From the IMG/VR virus record IMGVR_UViG_3300032294_002877, positions 1-64,000 of that record: 64,000 nt of DNA. One strand, 5' to 3'. A program made the translations under genes and the position numbers. This DNA comes from a virus. The notes beneath the pieces are model-generated. The model did no database searches. It was not told the origin of the DNA and was given only the letters and a program-made list of their open reading frames with translations. This document shows positions 59,316 to 64,000 of this stretch, piece by piece; the stretch's first letter is position 1, and the number at the start of each line of letters is the position of its first letter.

Positions 59316-59651
59316 ATGTCAAGAGAAATAGAGAATATTTTAAAGCAAATAGAGAAAACCAATAAAGAACTCCATAGTGTAGATACGCACTTTAAAAAAG
59401 ATATTAGTTCCTTAGAAAAAGATATTGCGAATATGCGCAAAGAAATATCTTTCATTAAAAATCAGACAGAACAAATATCCATCAAAATAGATATGATCCT
59501 AGACATATTGCAAAATTTAAGCGTTATGTCATTAGATGATCTTGAAGAGGGGGATTATGACTCCTATGATTCTGACCAGACATGGGTTCCAGAAGAAGAA
59601 GAAGATGAAGACGAAGATGATGATTGGTCAAATCATGAGGATGAAAGTTGA
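59316..59651 (+). CDS. Coiled-coil protein with acidic tail
   Basis: Heptad-rich N-terminus; C-terminal EEEEDEDEDDD. Confidence 0.65.
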   Translation: MSREIENILKQIEKTNKELHSVDTHFKKDISSLEKDIANMRKEISFIKNQTEQISIKIDMILDILQNLSVMSLDDLEEGDYDSYDSDQTWVPEEEEDEDEDDDWSNHEDES

Positions 59652-59971
59652 TGGCAAGTTTAGCACTAATGGTATCACTGATACTTTTTTGTGTTATATT
59701 TTCCGGCCCAATTGTTTTATTGTTAAGTAAATGTAGTTTTATTCCGAATTATATCGTTTATGTACTATCAATTATTACTATATTTTTTGGTGTTTGGTTT
59801 TTTCTTTTACCTATCGCGGGAATAAGATATTTTGGGGTAATATCTTCTTTGTTAGCATGGTTTGCTATTCAGAATAGGAGATCGGAAACCATTAAAGGTT
59901 GACAAGATGGTTTGCCGATGGTATACTTTGGAGATCACAGGAACGATTCACAGACTTTTTGGAGAAAAACG

Positions 59972-62662
59972 ATGAAGTTGGCAGACAGGACAATTGAGAC
60001 TCACAGTGCTGGTGTTGCTAGTACGAACCAGTTTAGCATTGCTCAAACCAGCAAAATGTTTAAGATTTTGTCGGATTCTTTGTATTCCGATAAGGTTATG
60101 GCGGTCATTCGTGAACTGTCTACTAATGCTTATGACAGTCACGTTAGTGCTGGCAATAAGAATCCTTTTAAGGTAACTCTGCCCACAACGGGCAATCCAA
60201 ATTTCTGCGTAAGAGATTACGGTACTGGTCTTAGTCAGGCAGATATGGAGGAACTGTATACAACATACGGTGCAAGCAATAAGAATGATAGCAATGATTT
60301 TGTAGGTTGCTTGGGTCTTGGCAGCAAGAGTCCGTTTGCCTATACCAAGAGTTTTACTACTGCATCTTATTTTAACGGCAAAAAGTATACCTACATTGCC
60401 GCTATTGATGATAACGGTGTTCCCACTCTGAACCTGTTTAGCACAACAGATACAAATGAGCCTAATGGTCTTGAGATTAGTTTTGCTGTTAAGCAACACG
60501 ATTTTCATGAGTTTAGCAACAAGGCTATGCGTATCTTCCACTATTTTAGAATGAAGCCGATTCTCGAAGGAGGAATCCACAACCACCTGCAAGACCATAA
60601 GTATAGCAATAGCAATATTGTTATTAGTGGAGACGGTTGGAGAGTTTGCAGACTGAATAATGGATATGAATTGTTTCCGAATCATAGTCACAAGATTGAG
60701 AGTGGTATTGTGGCTATCATGGGCAATATCGCTTATCCTGTTCAGTCTAACCAACTTGTTGGTGAAGAGAAACAGGAGCAAACAAACGATGCTATTCAAC
60801 GATGGAATCGTGCTTTCCAAAAAGCCGATATTGATTCGTGGAAAACTTTCGTTAGCGAAATTCTTAATCAAGGCTTGTATCTTGAACTTGAATTTGGCAT
60901 CGGTGAATTGGAGATGGATGTTAGCCGCGAAGGTTTGCAGTATACCAAACAGGTCAAGAGAACTCTGCGTGAAAAGACTCAGGAAATTTTCTTGGAGTTG
61001 AAGAGTACATTTAGTGAGAAAATTGCTGCTGCTAAAACCAAGGTAGAGGCTATCACAACATATTATACTCTTAATGATCTTGCTGGAGGTTGGGGCGTTG
61101 GTGCTTCATGGACAGATTCTAATGGTAAGAGTCATCCTATTAATTCTGGCGAGGACTTGGATTATAAGATTCCTGCCGGTAAGAGTCTGTATGTTTTTAA
61201 TTATAAGAGTGCCGGATACCGATCAAGGCGACTTGTTGCGTTGACCGATAAGATTCATCACGAAACTCTTACGGGTAAGGGTACATACTACTGGAATAAT
61301 ACCAAGAAGTCTGGCGGTATAAAATTCTTCCTGTGCGATGTTAAGGGCGAAGAAAGTGCCAAGAAGATCGTAACACGATTCTGTAATCAGAATGATTGTT
61401 TTGCTTATCTTTTGATGGATACTAAGGATCACACAAAGTGCGACGAGGGTTTTGATAAACTGATTGAGGATGTTGGACAGTCAAATCTACTCAAGGTTTC
61501 AGACTACAAGCATCTTACACAGAGTACCGGACCTCGTAAAACGTACACTCGTAATGCCAAAGGCAGCGTTAGCGACCAAGATGTATTCTATATCTATGGC
61601 GCATCTAAAGATGCCAAGGCAATCAGTAACCAATATAATGATGCTGAGTATCTTAGTATGCTGTCTGAAGATGAACTAGAAGATTTTTTGGAGCAGGATG
61701 AGATAGTGTATGTTCCAATGCTGCGATATGCTAGTGCATCTCTTGAGTACCCGAGCATTAATAGTATTGCTGGTGTGATCAAACAAGAAGCATACAAGGG
61801 ATTAGTCAAGCAACTTTTCGGGTCCAATAAGATTTATGCTATCAAAACTGCGTTCGCTGACAAGTTGAAGAAGGATGGATATAATCTTGTTGATTTTAAT
61901 ACTTTCTTGAAGAATCAACTCAAGAAGATTAATAGTAAAAAGTTTGAGCCTATGGAAACATTTAATTCCGTAGTCAAATACTGCAAGTCTGAATGGGAGA
62001 AGGAAGAAAACCGTAAGAACGGCAGCAATTATTACTATAACAGACTCCCGTCAACAGATAAACAGTTTTTGTTTCACGCTTTAAACCTGTTTGGACTCAA
62101 GTATGCCGATTACATTAAAAACGATAAGTTGGTCAAGGCTCTTGACGATACTATGCTGATTGAGTTCTTTGCCGAGACTGTTCATTGTTCAGTGTTTAAT
62201 ATTCGCAAGTTCTCAGAGTCAGACTACTTTGATCACATGAATAAGATATTCCAGGCTAACGGTATGTCTAGTATTAATAGCAAAGATATTAGAGACACTA
62301 CCGTGGCGTATGGACATCTGATTGGTATCTGTAATAACTTGTATAAAACATCCGATACCGATAATGCTAAGGAGTATATCTCTCTTATCAAGCCATCAAT
62401 TGATACGAAGTATACTCTGCCTAAGATCAGTGAGATTCGTGATAGTATTCGCAATGAACTAGATAAGAATCCTATGCTGAAGTTTATCATATCCACAAAT
62501 CTTAGAGCATCAAGTATTAGGGATCTTGTTGTATCCAATCCTATTAGCCAACTTCATAGTGATGGATATTGGGGGAATAGATCGGAGGATAAATGGTATA
62601 CTGCTATGGATAACAATATGGTCGATTTGTTCAGGGTTCAATTGAGTAGTTTGATCAAGTGA
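59972..62662 (+). CDS. rIIA: rIIA-like protein (N-terminal GHKL/Hsp90-like ATPase)
   Basis: KILSDSLYSDKVMAVIRELSTNAYDSH, VRDYGTGLS and GLGSKSPFAY motifs; immediately followed by an rIIB-like gene. Confidence 0.85.
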   Translation: MKLADRTIETHSAGVASTNQFSIAQTSKMFKILSDSLYSDKVMAVIRELSTNAYDSHVSAGNKNPFKVTLPTTGNPNFCVRDYGTGLSQADMEELYTTYGASNKNDSNDFVGCLGLGSKSPFAYTKSFTTASYFNGKKYTYIAAIDDNGVPTLNLFSTTDTNEPNGLEISFAVKQHDFHEFSNKAMRIFHYFRMKPILEGGIHNHLQDHKYSNSNIVISGDGWRVCRLNNGYELFPNHSHKIESGIVAIMGNIAYPVQSNQLVGEEKQEQTNDAIQRWNRAFQKADIDSWKTFVSEILNQGLYLELEFGIGELEMDVSREGLQYTKQVKRTLREKTQEIFLELKSTFSEKIAAAKTKVEAITTYYTLNDLAGGWGVGASWTDSNGKSHPINSGEDLDYKIPAGKSLYVFNYKSAGYRSRRLVALTDKIHHETLTGKGTYYWNNTKKSGGIKFFLCDVKGEESAKKIVTRFCNQNDCFAYLLMDTKDHTKCDEGFDKLIEDVGQSNLLKVSDYKHLTQSTGPRKTYTRNAKGSVSDQDVFYIYGASKDAKAISNQYNDAEYLSMLSEDELEDFLEQDEIVYVPMLRYASASLEYPSINSIAGVIKQEAYKGLVKQLFGSNKIYAIKTAFADKLKKDGYNLVDFNTFLKNQLKKINSKKFEPMETFNSVVKYCKSEWEKEENRKNGSNYYYNRLPSTDKQFLFHALNLFGLKYADYIKNDKLVKALDDTMLIEFFAETVHCSVFNIRKFSESDYFDHMNKIFQANGMSSINSKDIRDTTVAYGHLIGICNNLYKTSDTDNAKEYISLIKPSIDTKYTLPKISEIRDSIRNELDKNPMLKFIISTNLRASSIRDLVVSNPISQLHSDGYWGNRSEDKWYTAMDNNMVDLFRVQLSSLIK

Positions 62663-62736
62663 GAACTTGACAAGTCTGCTGGTTGTTGTAGAATATGCTA
62701 ATCACAGGTATCGAAATCACACTAAGGAGATGAAAA

Positions 62737-63621
62737 ATGGCCGTTCCGTTTATGTTTGTTGATGGTAATTTGACTCTGGTTCTTAATAATAGAACCTATC
62801 AGGTTTTGCCGGATCATATTAATTATAAGATGATTCTGCAAGTGCTTCCGACTGCAACTTCAGAAGAGTTGCTGGAAATTGTGGATATTGAAAAGGCTGT
62901 TTCGGTTTATTCCGATGGTCAGGTAGAAATTAAGAATGGTCAGGTTATGTATGCTGGCGAAGTTGTTCATGGCAGCATCAGCAAGCGTATTCTGGAGTTT
63001 ATGAGTAAGGGTCTGCCTTTCCAGCCCCTCGTTAACTTCCTCAATAATCTGATGGAGAATCCTAGTATGCAAAGCCAGAAGGAACTATATGATTTCCTTG
63101 AGCATGAGAATCTGCCTATTACTGAGGATGGACATTTCTTGGCATACAAGGCTGTTCGCGGTGACTATAAAGACAAGTATCGCGGAGTATTTGATAATAG
63201 GGTTGGTCAAGTTGTTACCATGCAACGTGCAAAGGTTGATGATAATCGTAGCGTAGGATGTTCTCAGGGTCTTCATGCTGGGGCATTAAACTATGTTGCT
63301 GGTTACGGTAGCGTTGAGCATGGTGATCGTATTGTGATCGTCAAGATTAATCCGCGTGATGTTGTGAGTGTTCCTAGCGATTGTAATTGCGAGAAACTTC
63401 GCACCTGTCGTTATGAAGTTGTTGGCGAGTACCAAGGTGAACTAAAAAAGCCATTGTACTCGTCTAACTTTAATGAGGACTCGTATGAGGACGATGAGGA
63501 CGATTATGATCGTGAATACGATTGGGGATGGAATGAAGATGAGGATGAAGAAGATGAGAATTTTGATGCGTATGCCGATGAAGATGAAGACGATTATGAC
63601 CCAGATGGATTTTACAACTAA
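62737..63621 (+). CDS. rIIB: rIIB-like protein with acidic tail
   Basis: ELYDFLEH..LPITEDGHFLAYKAV, CSQGLHAG and VKINPRDVVSVPSD...KLRTCRYEVV motifs. Confidence 0.88.
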   Translation: MAVPFMFVDGNLTLVLNNRTYQVLPDHINYKMILQVLPTATSEELLEIVDIEKAVSVYSDGQVEIKNGQVMYAGEVVHGSISKRILEFMSKGLPFQPLVNFLNNLMENPSMQSQKELYDFLEHENLPITEDGHFLAYKAVRGDYKDKYRGVFDNRVGQVVTMQRAKVDDNRSVGCSQGLHAGALNYVAGYGSVEHGDRIVIVKINPRDVVSVPSDCNCEKLRTCRYEVVGEYQGELKKPLYSSNFNEDSYEDDEDDYDREYDWGWNEDEDEEDENFDAYADEDEDDYDPDGFYN

Positions 63622-63630
63622 ATAAACTTT

Positions 63631-63680
63631 GGGGTAGTCTGGTGACTGGAGCGATCCGGTGGTTCGATTCCGCCGCCTCT
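63631..63680 (+). ncRNA. Miniature tRNA-like element lacking an anticodon arm
   Basis: GGGGT/GCCTC acceptor-like stem; AGTC-TGGT-GACT; GGA-GCGA-TCC; GGTGG-TTCGATT-CCGCC T arm. Confidence 0.5.
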
Positions 63681-63750
63681 TTTTGATGCCGATTATGATG
63701 ATAATGTTTATTGTCCCGGTATCTTCATAGGAAAGATGAAGGAAGTAGTT

Positions 63751-64000
63751 ATGTTTAATGATGTTTTGGACTTTAATCCCTTCGATAAGAATAACGATGT
63801 CTATAATAGAAGATATGCTAATAGAAGATGTGATTTTCTAAACGCTTTCAAACAAAGCCATATTTATTGCTATAATGGTAATCCTCGCAAGAAGATCAGC
63901 AGTATGAATCATACTAATGATGCTAATGAGGCTATTGATGCGAATAGAGATAAGGGTGCTGACGTTTATTTTTATGTAAATGGTGGTCGCAAACTGTACG
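63751..64000 (+). CDS. Partial ORF truncated at window end (possibly primase-like)
   Basis: Open to the edge; ...DVYFYVNGGRK. Function uncertain. Confidence 0.45.
   Translation, partial: MFNDVLDFNPFDKNNDVYNRRYANRRCDFLNAFKQSHIYCYNGNPRKKISSMNHTNDANEAIDANRDKGADVYFYVNGGRKLY

Noticed and set aside
59948-60871. Long minus-strand ORFs antisense to rIIA, DUF932, ligase and similar genes
   Set aside because: They overlap well-supported plus-strand genes, lack RBS or motifs, and are expected antisense shadows.
1-64000. Stop-codon reassignment (alternative genetic code)
   Set aside because: Long conserved genes (glmS, ligase, rIIA, DUF1501) are intact under the standard code, and no suppressor tRNA was found.

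Overview
This 64-kb window looks like part of a large lytic (T4/jumbo-like) phage genome, most likely infecting a planctomycete. Host clues are two Tat-signal DUF1501 genes, a planctomycete-type vWA protein and a subtilase with an 'LEGLESKRLLS'-type planctomycete N-terminal motif. Layout: (1) 1-6.4 kb: minus-strand Pro/Thr-repeat and coiled-coil genes, then glmS and an S8 protease. (2) 6.4-22.5 kb: an early-type region of small genes arranged in modules. The modules are separated by 14 copies of a strictly spaced element, two 25-bp IHF-like palindromes 53 bp apart, usually followed by a TTGACA/TAGAAT promoter. The left end of this region has three complete sigma54-like promoter architectures (palindromic upstream site, IHF-like site in two of the three, -24/-12 box). 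Three further minus-strand -24/-12 boxes point into the paired palindromes. (3) 22.5-64 kb: many small hypothetical genes plus thyX, UvdE, ATP-dependent DNA ligase, HNH/EndoVII nucleases, a TrmH-type methyltransferase, glycosyltransferases and rIIA/rIIB. RNA genes are 12 tRNAs (including unusual Ser-ACT and Ile-TAT, and Leu-TAA with a group I intron next to a free-standing HNH gene) and a tmRNA. There are also at least four unannotated structured RNA candidates. All calls come from reading the sequence by eye; no database search or folding program was run.
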